Positions 29,148 to 40,300 of a stretch of DNA of 64,000 bases are shown here, in pieces. The first letter of the stretch is position 1; each line of letters opens with the position of its first letter. Location: the IMG/VR virus record IMGVR_UViG_3300005747_000012, positions 1-64,000 of that record; one strand, given 5' to 3'. Source of the DNA: a virus. The translations under genes and the position numbers were made by a program. The notes below the pieces were generated by a model. That model saw nothing but the letters and a program-made list of their open reading frames with translations, did not search any database and had not been told where the DNA came from.

Positions 29148-30488
29148 ATGGCTATTTTTACAAAAGAAGACAGAATTGAAATATCTAAAAAATTAACAGG
29201 TGTTGATAAAGAAATTCAAGCTGCTGACGATCAAGCTGCTAGAATTGTTGATAGTATAGAAAAAGCCGAGAAAGAAGATGCTCCAAACAAAAAATTAATG
29301 GACGATAGAACTTTGTTTATTAATCCATATCAAAATGAATTGAAATTTCTTGACGGTAATGTTAGAACAGAACTTACCGAGCAGGTTGTGATAGATTCTG
29401 CAAAAAGAACTCTTAACAATTCTTTTTTTCCCAACAACCCAGCTACACCATTACCTTCTGTTTCAGATGGTGTCTGGAAAAACTTAGTTCCTTTTGCTGG
29501 AAATCACGGTGTTGGCAAAACAAGTTTTGAAACATATGACGGCCCTGTTCAGCGTACAGAGCAGGATATTATTGATGAAATAAATGCCGCAATAGTACTG
29601 GTTGAAGCTGAATCAATTCCAGAAAGGGCCACAGGTCAACAGTGTGAAGCTGGAACACCTCCAGCTTTAGATACTTATTCACTATATGATGTAATTCAAG
29701 ATTTGTTGACAGAAATTAAAACATTAGTTCAAGAATGGGAGGACATGCTAAATGATGAGCTGATTACAATCCCATTTGGACCAAATTCTGACCCAAATAC
29801 CACTAGACAATCAGGTAATGACACTTCTGTATCTGATATCAACAATGCTGTATCTGTAATTGACACATGGCAAACCGTTCAAGATTTTGACATAACAACC
29901 TCTCTACCTTCTGATTGTGATGATTATTACATGATGGTTGAAGGTGATTTTGAACAAGCCAAATTGCAACCAACAACCCTTCAACTTTTAAAAGATGAAT
30001 TGCTTGCCAGAGCTTCATATATAGCCATTAGAGAGTCTGAGCTTGCTGGTAACGACTATCTTGGTGGTGTCAATCAAGATGTAAATAGCGGCGAAATTTC
30101 AGCGTTTAATGGCCTGTATGGTGAAAGAATGAGGTTTATTGACTTAAGGCTAAATGCATCAGGTGGAACCCTGTCTAAAAAAATTGGTTTGGAAACAGCA
30201 TCTAATTTTACTGGCGGTCAAAAAGCAAACGCAGAGAATGCTAGAGCAGCACTGTCACTGGTAATGGCAGCAACACTGGCAATAGCACCGGGTATAGATA
30301 CAAAATATTTGAATGTTAAAGATGCATCTCAGTTTAGTGCCGGAGATAGGGTTTATGTTGTGGCAAATGATCAGGAAGAGTTGTCTGGATCAATTGTTTC
30401 TGTAAATAACAATAGAATAGAGCTTACTTTTAATGTTCCTAAAAAATATACTACAGTTAACCAAACAAGACTTTATAAAATTCTTTAG
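29148..30488 (+). CDS. Putative virion structural protein
   Basis: 446 aa, acidic; preceded by the AATCTTTA late-type motif; lies within the tail module. Confidence 0.55.
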   Translation: MAIFTKEDRIEISKKLTGVDKEIQAADDQAARIVDSIEKAEKEDAPNKKLMDDRTLFINPYQNELKFLDGNVRTELTEQVVIDSAKRTLNNSFFPNNPATPLPSVSDGVWKNLVPFAGNHGVGKTSFETYDGPVQRTEQDIIDEINAAIVLVEAESIPERATGQQCEAGTPPALDTYSLYDVIQDLLTEIKTLVQEWEDMLNDELITIPFGPNSDPNTTRQSGNDTSVSDINNAVSVIDTWQTVQDFDITTSLPSDCDDYYMMVEGDFEQAKLQPTTLQLLKDELLARASYIAIRESELAGNDYLGGVNQDVNSGEISAFNGLYGERMRFIDLRLNASGGTLSKKIGLETASNFTGGQKANAENARAALSLVMAATLAIAPGIDTKYLNVKDASQFSAGDRVYVVANDQEELSGSIVSVNNNRIELTFNVPKKYTTVNQTRLYKIL

Positions 30489-31030
30489 CGTTTCCAGTTT
30501 CTCATTTCATTAAAATAATAATGCCTATGTTTTATTCGACAATTATCGCTAAAAGCGTGTGAGTGCATAATGCTTGCTGGACATCCATCTTTTAAATAAC
30601 CAAGCCTTTTGATAATGCCTAGCTGAAAACCTATTTCTTCAAAAAAATCTTCAATACTTTCTATTTTAAATTGTTTGTTGGTGTGCATTCTGCTTCTTAT
30701 GCAATGCTCAAGTTCGTGATAAATTAAAAATTCTTTAGCTAAAAAATTATGCTCGTTCCATTTCCAATAATTTATATCTATCTCAACTTCATATTCGCCA
30801 TTTAACAACCACCAACATCTACCTATTATAGAACCTTCTAAATCAGCAAAATTCATATGTAAATATTTGAATTTATTAGAGTGTTTATTTTCTCCTACAA
30901 TATATTTGTAGTTTTGTATGTAAGGCTTAAACTCCTCATTGATACCAGTTTGTTTAGCCGATATTCTGGGGGTGGCAGCGCAAGAATTTGCAGAAAAAGC
31001 TAGTAAAATCAACAATATAATTTTTTTCAT
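30485..31030 (-). CDS. Exported zinc metallopeptidase (HExxH)
   Basis: Signal/lipoprotein-like N-terminus; EFLIYHELEHC and PASIM Met-turn. Confidence 0.75.
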   Translation of the reverse strand: MKKIILLILLAFSANSCAATPRISAKQTGINEEFKPYIQNYKYIVGENKHSNKFKYLHMNFADLEGSIIGRCWWLLNGEYEVEIDINYWKWNEHNFLAKEFLIYHELEHCIRSRMHTNKQFKIESIEDFFEEIGFQLGIIKRLGYLKDGCPASIMHSHAFSDNCRIKHRHYYFNEMRNWKR

Positions 31031-31551
31031 CTTTTCACCGGGATATATTGTCTAAGTAATCCACATCTTTGACATGATGAATTTTTGTTGAAAATGTGCC
31101 CTCTGTAAAAATATTCGCAAATATAAAATTTAATTTTTTGAACCATATTTGTTCCCTTTAACTAATTTTAATTTTTTTTTCATTGCTTTTTTATGTTGAA
31201 TATTGTTAAATTTATTTTTAATTCTTTTACATCCAATATAAAAACATAAAAACGCAAAAAATATGTAAAAAATAACAAAAAATATTAAAAGTGTGTCGCT
31301 AATTGTCATCTGCTATCTTCTTTGTTTCTTGTTTGCTTTTTTGACGGTTATAATCTTTTTTAGATTTCATTGGAAAACCAGAAGGAGCCACTGGAATACG
31401 AGGCTTAATAACTTGTTTAAGCTTTTTCCTTCTTAACCTATTGATTTTACGTTTAGCTTTTCCCATATTAATCTCATATATATAATATCATACAAAACAC
31501 AATCTTTAATATGTATGATACTATACATTATAGATTATTGCAAGGAAAAAT

Positions 31552-34173
31552 ATGGCGTTAAAAAATTTTTTACAAGAAGTTGCAGGCACGGCATTTACCT
31601 CGCCAAAAAAAAAGCTTGGAGAAGGCGAGGTAAATAATTCAGAATTACCTTGGGGTACTCAAGAAGATGCTTTTTTTGAGCCTATTACTTTAAAACCTGA
31701 TAGAGTTGATGGCGTATATCCTTATAGACTTGTGGTATTTGATGTAAAAGATAAAAAAATAGTTAATACAGGAAATAGCTCAAATACTCTTTTGGGAGGA
31801 GGTGATGTAAATCAAGTAGTAAAAAATGCCTCTAATACAGGCGGTGTTACTTATAGTATTGGTGGTGTTATCAATGATTGGACATTTATTTTACCTATAA
31901 CTCCACAACAACTTCAAGTTACAGACCAGTTTGCCATTAATACTTCAGCTACTATGAGAGGTATTGTAGAAGAACATAATGGTGTAAAATTTAAAATGAT
32001 TGCTGCTTCAGGTACTACGGGTATTTGGCCTACCAGAACTAATTTTGAAGATAGTTCTTCTGGTAGAGGTAGAAGTTTATTTGGAGGAGTTTCAGAAGCT
32101 TTAGGAGCTGCTGCTAGAGATTTATCTGAGCTTATAAATGGTGGACTATTTCCTCCCAAGGCACTTAACCCATTAAATGATAACAATGGTAGAGTTACAG
32201 GCTATTTTCAAGCCATGCTATTGCAACAATTTCTTGAGCAATATGCAATGGCTAAAAAAAATCCTCAAAATAAACATTGGAGACTTGTTTTTGATTGCCC
32301 TAAAACAAACGAATCTTTTGTTGTTACACCTATTCAATATACTGTAACTAGAAGTCAAAGAAGTCCGGGTGAATTTCTTTATAATATGCAATTTAAGGCA
32401 TGGAAAAGAATTGATTTAAAAAGAGGTAGGCCGGGTGATGCTAAGTCAAATTTAAAACAACTTAAACCTAGCCTTTTTCAAAGCATTAATGAGTCATTGG
32501 ATAGAGCTAGAAGTTTAATGAGTTCTTCGTTAAATGTAATCAAAGCTATACGTGCTGACTTTAGAAAACCTTTTGATACTGCAAGAAAAGTAAGTTTATT
32601 AATTAAAGATTTTTCAGGGCTAACTTTAGCGGTATCTGATTTGCCTAACCAATTAAAAAAAGATGCTGAATCTGCTGTTAAAAGAATTGCAAAAGATTTG
32701 GCTCAATCACAAGCAAATTTTAAAGCAGCATTTGACAATCCTTTTTCTACAAATAGAGATAAAAGAGCTGGTGCTAAAGCTAAAGCAATTGTCAGTGCAA
32801 TTGTAGCTGAAGACAGCAAGAATGAAGGCGTATCTGCTGACCAAATAGAGGCTGGTGTTTTGGGTGTAGAAGCTAGAGATGCTGCCAGAGTTAGTCCAGT
32901 AAATAATATTTTTAATGAACCAGAAGCAAATTTTGATTTTTTTAATTCAATTAATGTTGATGATTTAGAGCTTACTCCTCAACAGCAAGCGGCAATTGAA
33001 GATGAAATTGAATTAAACTCTCTTATATCTATAGAAGAACTCAGAGGGTTTACTCAAGAACTTCAAGAACTTATACTTGATTTAACAAATAATTTTGGAG
33101 CTGGTGATGAATTTTTCTCTGTAGTATATGGAAGGCCAGCACCTAGAGAACGTGCTACTCCAATGTCAATTGAAGAATTTGAACTTGTTGAGGCACTTGA
33201 AGAAGTTGTTTTAAATCTAAACATTCTTACTGCTACTAGACAATTAGATGATGTTAGAACACAAAGTTCTCTTGAATATGTTGGTGGACTTGCAAATGAT
33301 TCTGGAATTACTTTTAACTCATCTTCTACTGCTAAATATCTAGCACCAGTGCCGTACAATTTAACAATTGAACAGATTTCTGCTAGATATTTGGGAGACC
33401 CTGATAGATATAATGAAATTATTACCTTAAATAATCTTAAATCTCCCTATATTGATGAAGATGGATTTTTTTATAATTTTTTATCAAATGGAGATGGTAG
33501 ACAATTCAATATTGAAAGTAATGAAAATTTATATGAAGGACAGGTAGTACAATTGTCTAGTAATACAATTCCAACTTTTACAAGAAAGATTACTGCAATT
33601 GAAAAAATTACTGATACTAATTATCTAATTACAGTTGATGGTATTGCTGATTTATACCTGTTAACTAAAAATCATCAAGCAAAAGTAAAAACATTTTTGC
33701 CGGGAACTGTTAATAGTCAAAATCAAATTTACATACCTTCTGATGAAGCTGTAACTGATGAGCCTAGAACCTACGACATCCCATATCTTGATGGGGATTC
33801 TCTTACTGGTTTTTCCAAAATTGATTGGCTTTTAGATGACAATGGTGATATTGTATTAAATTCATTTGGCGAAGTAGGTCTTGCAAATGGAACTACAAAT
33901 CTTATTCAAGCTCTTAAAATGAAAGTACAAACTCAAAAAGGTCAATTGCTTTCAGATACTACGTTTGGATTAGGGTTAAATCCCGGTGTTATGGTAAATG
34001 ATATTGCAATAGAAAATGTACTCAAAGATTTAAAAGACATGATTTTACAAGATTCCAGATTTGAAGGAATTGAAAAGATTGAAATGAATGTATTACCTCC
34101 AGATTTGTCAATTACTATTGTAGCTCGTCTTAAAAATGGAAGGGGTATTTTGCCTATTAGCTTTAGTGCTTAA
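31552..34173 (+). CDS. Multidomain baseplate protein (tube-initiator-like N-terminus, LysM-like domain, gp25/GpW-like C-terminus)
   Basis: LPITPQQLQV N-terminus; TIEQISARYLGDPDRYNEIITLNNLKSPYI (LysM-like); NLIQALKMKVQTQKG...FGL...DSRFEGI (gp25-like). Confidence 0.7.
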   Translation: MALKNFLQEVAGTAFTSPKKKLGEGEVNNSELPWGTQEDAFFEPITLKPDRVDGVYPYRLVVFDVKDKKIVNTGNSSNTLLGGGDVNQVVKNASNTGGVTYSIGGVINDWTFILPITPQQLQVTDQFAINTSATMRGIVEEHNGVKFKMIAASGTTGIWPTRTNFEDSSSGRGRSLFGGVSEALGAAARDLSELINGGLFPPKALNPLNDNNGRVTGYFQAMLLQQFLEQYAMAKKNPQNKHWRLVFDCPKTNESFVVTPIQYTVTRSQRSPGEFLYNMQFKAWKRIDLKRGRPGDAKSNLKQLKPSLFQSINESLDRARSLMSSSLNVIKAIRADFRKPFDTARKVSLLIKDFSGLTLAVSDLPNQLKKDAESAVKRIAKDLAQSQANFKAAFDNPFSTNRDKRAGAKAKAIVSAIVAEDSKNEGVSADQIEAGVLGVEARDAARVSPVNNIFNEPEANFDFFNSINVDDLELTPQQQAAIEDEIELNSLISIEELRGFTQELQELILDLTNNFGAGDEFFSVVYGRPAPRERATPMSIEEFELVEALEEVVLNLNILTATRQLDDVRTQSSLEYVGGLANDSGITFNSSSTAKYLAPVPYNLTIEQISARYLGDPDRYNEIITLNNLKSPYIDEDGFFYNFLSNGDGRQFNIESNENLYEGQVVQLSSNTIPTFTRKITAIEKITDTNYLITVDGIADLYLLTKNHQAKVKTFLPGTVNSQNQIYIPSDEAVTDEPRTYDIPYLDGDSLTGFSKIDWLLDDNGDIVLNSFGEVGLANGTTNLIQALKMKVQTQKGQLLSDTTFGLGLNPGVMVNDIAIENVLKDLKDMILQDSRFEGIEKIEMNVLPPDLSITIVARLKNGRGILPISFSA

Positions 34174-34258
34174 TGTAATTTCAATAGCTTATACCATCTT
34201 TATTTTTTAGGGAATAAAGTGCAGGGCCTTTTTTGAAGCTTTTTGCTTTTTTACCTTC

Positions 34259-34294
34259 GCACTGAATCTTTAAATTATATGATATTATATAGTT
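34259..34294 (+). promoter_or_regulatory. Putative late promoter; exact 36-bp copy of 44177-44212
   Basis: GCACTGAATCTTTAAATTATATGATATTATATAGTT upstream of the baseplate J gene. Confidence 0.7.
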
Positions 34295-34307
34295 AAAAAG
34301 GAATTGT

Positions 34308-37300
34308 ATGGCTGTCGGTTTACCCACTCCAAAATCAAGAGAGCAAATTTTATCCGAAATGCTTACGGAATATGTAGGTCTTACCGGTATCAACGACCTC
34401 AACACTGGTTCGGCTGTAACTCAATTTTTTGACGTAGTAGCTAGGTCTGTGGCACGTACTTCTGGTGATATATTTCAAATACTTAGAGATTTTTCTGTGG
34501 AAAGAGCAACTGGAGAAGCTCTAAATAGAATTGGTAGAGAAGAAAGGGTTTATAGAAATACAGCTCAAGTAGCTAGTGGTAAAATTAAAGTAACCGATAC
34601 TTCTTTTGAAAAAATATCAACTAAAATATATTCTGGTGCTCCCTCTCCTAATATTGGGTCCATTGAAATCAATGTATCAGATGCTTCTAAATTTCCAAGT
34701 TCAGGTAGGCTATATATAGGTCGTGGAACTCCAAATGTTGAAGGTCCAATTAATTATAGCTCCGTAGTTCCAGACGGGTCTTTTTGGAAAATTACTCTTG
34801 ATTCTCCAACACAAAAATTTCATAACATTTCTGAATCTATAATTTTAGGTCAAGGTGGAACTAGAAATGTACCGGTTGGTACAACTGTAATTTCACCGGG
34901 AACTGGTGCTACTGCTGACATAAATTATTCAGTTTCTTCAGCCGCCCTTCTTCTTGATGGTGAAAATGAAAATAAAAATGTTCAAGTTGTAGCACAAGAA
35001 CCCGGCACTAACGGCAACGCTCCGGCTGGTGCTATTCGTGAATTTGTAACTGCGCCATTTTCTGGTGCGGCTGTAATTAATGAAGTGCCTTTTTCAAATG
35101 GTGCTGACAATGAGTCTGACGATAATTATCGTGACAGAATTAAAAAAGAAAGACTTTCAAGAGGTCTAGGGACAGCTCTTGCTGTAAAAAATGCAGTGTT
35201 AGGCGCACAGGCCCCTGATGAAAATGCTAGAGTAACATCTAACGAAATTGACACTTCAAATCCTGAGCAAACAATTCTTTATATTGACAATGGTGAAGGG
35301 TACGAAGAAACTTCAGAAGGTGTTGGGCTTGAATCTGTCATTGAATCTGCCATTGGTGGTGAGCAAACATTTCAACTTGCTACTGGAGGGCAGCAAACTT
35401 CTGTAAGAAAAGCCTTTATTCAATCTTCAAACAGCACACCTTTTGCGATTAGTTCATTTGATAAGCTTGCAATTCTTGTAGGCGGCGTAGTTTTTGAACA
35501 TACTTTTTTAGAAGGCGATTTTCAAGCCGAAGGTGCTGCTACAGCGTATGAAATTGTTGCAAGTATTAATAATAATCCTGACTCAACATTTGAGGCAACT
35601 ACAGCCGAGGCTGGAACTAAAGTTGTAATACAGGCTAAATCTGAAGATAATGAATTTTTGCAATTAACGACTCCCAGCTCTGGAGTTGATGCTGGGCCAA
35701 TACTTGCATTCCCCACAAACGAAGTGGCAACAGTTCTTCTCTATAAAAACAAAGAGCTTTTAAACAAAAATGGTCGTTCTGCTTTTGTTATTACTAAAAA
35801 CCAATTCGATTGGTCAAACACCATAACAGATGGTGATACGTTAATTATTTCAGTTGATGGAACGGATTTTATTACATACAACTTTATTAACGAAGATTTT
35901 ATTGCAGATGGACAGCACTCAACTGTAAACAATCAAAACTCTCTTTCCTCTTGGGTAAATGTTATTAATGCCAAAATTACTGGTGTTACTGCTGAAATAA
36001 ATGGTGAAAGAATTAAACTTACATCTAACCTTGGACCATCAAATAGAGCATCAATTCAAATTGATAACTCTTCAGACCTTGTTTTAAAAGGGATGTTTTC
36101 AGAAGAACTTGGCCTTACTGCACAAGGTAATGAGGCAGATTTTGAACTGTCAAGAAATACTGGACAGATCAAGTTAAAAAAATTGCTTAAAGAGGGTGAT
36201 TCAGTCAATGTTGGCTCTGAATTTACCAGAGCTGAAATTCAAAGCTCACCAATTCTTGGGGGGCAAACTACCATATCTAGTACAGCTTATGTCTGGCTTG
36301 TTGTTGATGATACAGTGGTAAAGCCAGTAGAAATTGGTGTAACAGCCGATACATTTTTAACTGTATCGAAACCCGGCAGTGGAGTCGTAAGGTATGAAAG
36401 CACATCTTTAAGCGCATTTGGAAATGTAGAGGTTGGTGATTACGTTATAATTTGGTCTGAAGAGCTTTCTGTTAAAAATAGATTAGAAGGTCGTGTTTAC
36501 GCCAAAACAGATACGACCCTTGATATTAGGGTTACTGCTTCTGAAGAATCTTCGGCTATAGCTGAGGGGCCAATTTTATACCAAGAAGGTTTCTCTGTAA
36601 TTAGAACAGAATATGCGCCACAAAAAATTAAAGTTAGTGCTGGTATTTATACTGTAAATGATATTGCGGCTATTTTTAATAACCAACTAGAAAATGCAGT
36701 GGTTTCAGTTGAGGATGATGAGATTTTTATTTTCAGAACAAATACTGAAGATATTCATGGGGCAATGTTTTTGGCTGATTTCAACGATGGTGCTAAAGCT
36801 TTAAATTTAATTAAAAATAGTTTTTCAAAAAGTATTAACTCGCAGTTGGCTTTTTATGAAAGTGGTTTTAAAGACAGGCAATGGCCATCTTTTGTTCATG
36901 GCAAAATAACTACAGATCAATTTTCAGACCCACCCAACGGATATATAAACACAGTGGATTCAAGTGAGGATTTAAATGCGCTAGGATTTAACCCTTCAGG
37001 ATTTTTATGTTTTGCACAGCCTTTTAATGATTCTAATGATATTTCTTCAAAAGAATGTGTGGAAATTAAAAATTATACAGGGACAACTGTTAATGTAGAG
37101 GACAGTGTTTTTTATAAAAGAAGCAGGGTTAATGATAGGTTTTATCTTGTAAACGGTTATGATTTTGGACATAATGATTCTATTGTAACCGTACTTGATA
37201 ACGACCCAACTGGAAAAACATTTAATATGCCATTGTTTAGAACGGCTGTTACAAAAATTACACATCCTGCAAACGCTAATCATTTTAGGGCTTGGGATAA

Positions 37301-40300
37301 AGAAGGTGGAGGAGGTTGTAACATAGACCCTTCTAATAATACAACACAATCATCTTGTTTGTTAGCAGGAGGTACATGGACTACCCCTACTGAATTCACC
37401 AAATTTTTTGGTAATAATTTTGCTTTTGACAATTATAAAGCTTTAATGCAAGCTAAAAATGTTGTTGACCCACTTTCACTTACAAATCAAGATGCAGTTC
37501 TTTACAGGTCTGTCGAGTGGGGTAATTCAGGTGAAAAAGTCGGTATTGGTTACTTTTATCCAACAACTCCAAATGAAGACATTTCCCATATTGTATCTGT
37601 TAATAATGAAATAGAAGTTAAATTATTTTTAAAATCTGGCCCAGCTAAAACTACAACAATTAACGGAACTACAGAGTGGGATGTTACAATTATCCCAAAT
37701 CCAAACTATGATTTAGTAACATACACACATTCTGGAACGGGAACTGCTCCGGGTTTAACACCAATTCTTTCTGGAGATTATGTCTCAATTATTTCAACTG
37801 GAGAATTTTTAACTGAAAACCAAGGTAGTTACAGGGTAGATTCTGCAACAGCCACTAGTTTTACAATAAAAAGACCTCTTGGGGTTGCAATTGAGCAATT
37901 AGATGTTGCAACACTTGAAACTGGAACAATTAACTTTTTTGAAAAATCTGATACAACAGCTCAAGAAATTGTTGATTATGTAACAGATAATTTGTCTGAT
38001 TATATTACGGCAGAAATAGTAGACGACAACGGCTCAACCGGATCAGGTATTATAAACCTTTCAACTGCTGAAGATTCTGATTTTAATTATGACTTTGTAA
38101 AACTTCTTGATGGAAAAAACTATATCTTATCAAGTGATATTGATGCCATAGTGGGATTGCCTCAATTTGTTTTTAAAACTCCACTAGATTTACCCACCTT
38201 TTCCACCAATACTACTGATGCTTATAGCTTTAATAATGGTGAAAAAATTAAGCTTGTACCAATAACATCTTTACAATTAACTAAATTTTTAAATATACTT
38301 GCTGTAACTGGATATACTACGCTTGGAGACATTAAGTCTGTCGATAGGAACACAAATGTACAGTTATCAACTAACGTAGTTGGAAACAATGGTGCCGTTC
38401 AAATTGCTGGCGGTGTGGGCAATTTTGTTGCGGCAGCAGTTGAAGGTTCTGCAATTATTATTGGTGATCAAGCTAATGCTAAATCTTTAGTTAGTATAAA
38501 CACAGCTACTTCTAATGGATTTCACTCTGATCAATGGGTAAAAGTTTTTGCGTCAGAAATACAGAAAAAAGTTACGGGAATTAACGCACTTAATTCAATC
38601 AAAATTAGCTCTGCTAATCCAAGTGTTGGGTTTACAAAAATTGAGCTTTTTGATAAGGGGGTTTCTCAAAGATTATTTGGCAGAAATAGGTATCACACAC
38701 GAACCCGTGGAAGAACTTTTAAAGTAGAAAAACAGGGTGATCTTACTGCAATTATCTGGGATGAAAATGGAACTCAGCCAAATTTTTTAACTTCAAATAT
38801 AGACATTAAAGATTCTTCGCCAAGTACATTGACTGTTTTTAAAGATGGAATTAGCAGTATTGTAGACCTTAGAGTTGACACTGGAGATATGAGGTTTGAC
38901 GAGGTTGCTGTTGGAGATATTCTTACTGTAACAAACAGGTTAAACGAAAAAAACAATGGAAATTTTCTTGTTGTTGGGCGTTCTGATGATGCAAGAACTG
39001 TTAGAATTATTAACTCTAGCGGTGTATCAGAATTAGTTACTGGAAGTTTTACAATTACTGATAACGTAGCTGTTTTAGGCACTCAATTTACTGTTGGAAC
39101 AACAACCCTTACAGAAGGTGTTGATTTTGTAGCTGGAGCAAGTGTAAATGATACAGCTTCAAACCTTTCTGCTGCCATAGCTCTTATACCAAGTATTAAC
39201 TCAAATTCAGATGGGGCTATAGTGAATATTGAGTCTGAAGTTGCTGCTGTAACAATACCAATTTCTGTAACCGGTGGTGGTGCCACTGCTTCTGGAAGTG
39301 AACTTGAAGCTCCTGTAGCTAACACTGGAGATTTAGTTTTCAAAACAGAAGTTCAAGAAGGTGACTCCGTAATTATAAATAGTGATTTTAGCATTCTTAA
39401 TCAAGGAACATTTAGACTTGTTAGAAGATTTAAAGATTCTATTTATATTGACAACCCAAATTCTGTTGAGGAAGAAGTTACAATAGGAAATAATAATGTA
39501 GAACTATATAGTAACAATCCTATTCCTTTAAATTTGATTTTTACAAATGCAAGTACCACCGTTGTCTCTGTTGGTAACGTAGATTGGACAAGTATTGTAG
39601 AAGCTGGTGATTTTATCAAAGACGCTTCTAAAGGCGATAATTATTATTATAAAATTGATTCTGTTGATTCTACATTTCAAATAACCTTAGCAACTCCGTT
39701 TCAAGAATCTTCTTCAAGTGTAGATGGAATTGAAGCTGTATATACAGATTTAGATATTGACTTAACGGATTTTAATGTTGAAAAACTTGATGGAAAAGTT
39801 AGGCTTAAATGGGCCGGTGCTGGTGCAGAACCTAGCCTTGAAAACTTAAGGCCGGGCAACATAGCTACTCTTGGAGCAGATTTTGATGCTGCAAATGAAG
39901 GTGATTTTCATGTCATTGACTCCGGCGAAAAACTTCAAGAAGTTACTCAATTTAAAATGTCTAGAGAAGTTGACATTAATAATAGTGAATATGGAATCAT
40001 GTATTCTTCTGAAAATGTTAACCAGTATCACTTTTATTTTAAAGGACCAGACCCCGGAGCAACTGCCAACCCAATTTCGGTAGGGCTTGTCGGAGGTGAA
40101 AGTGCCGAACAAGTTGCTGTTGATTTTGCAGATGCTATTAACACACAAGCTAGTGCCGATTTTACTGCTGTAGCTGAGGGCGATACCGTCACTGTTACTA
40201 CAACAGGAGTTGGTGAAACTACTGATGCTTTTAATTTTAATATTAGCGGTGAGTTTGCTGTAGAAGTTAAACAACAGGGTAGAAGAAATTTTGTTGATTT

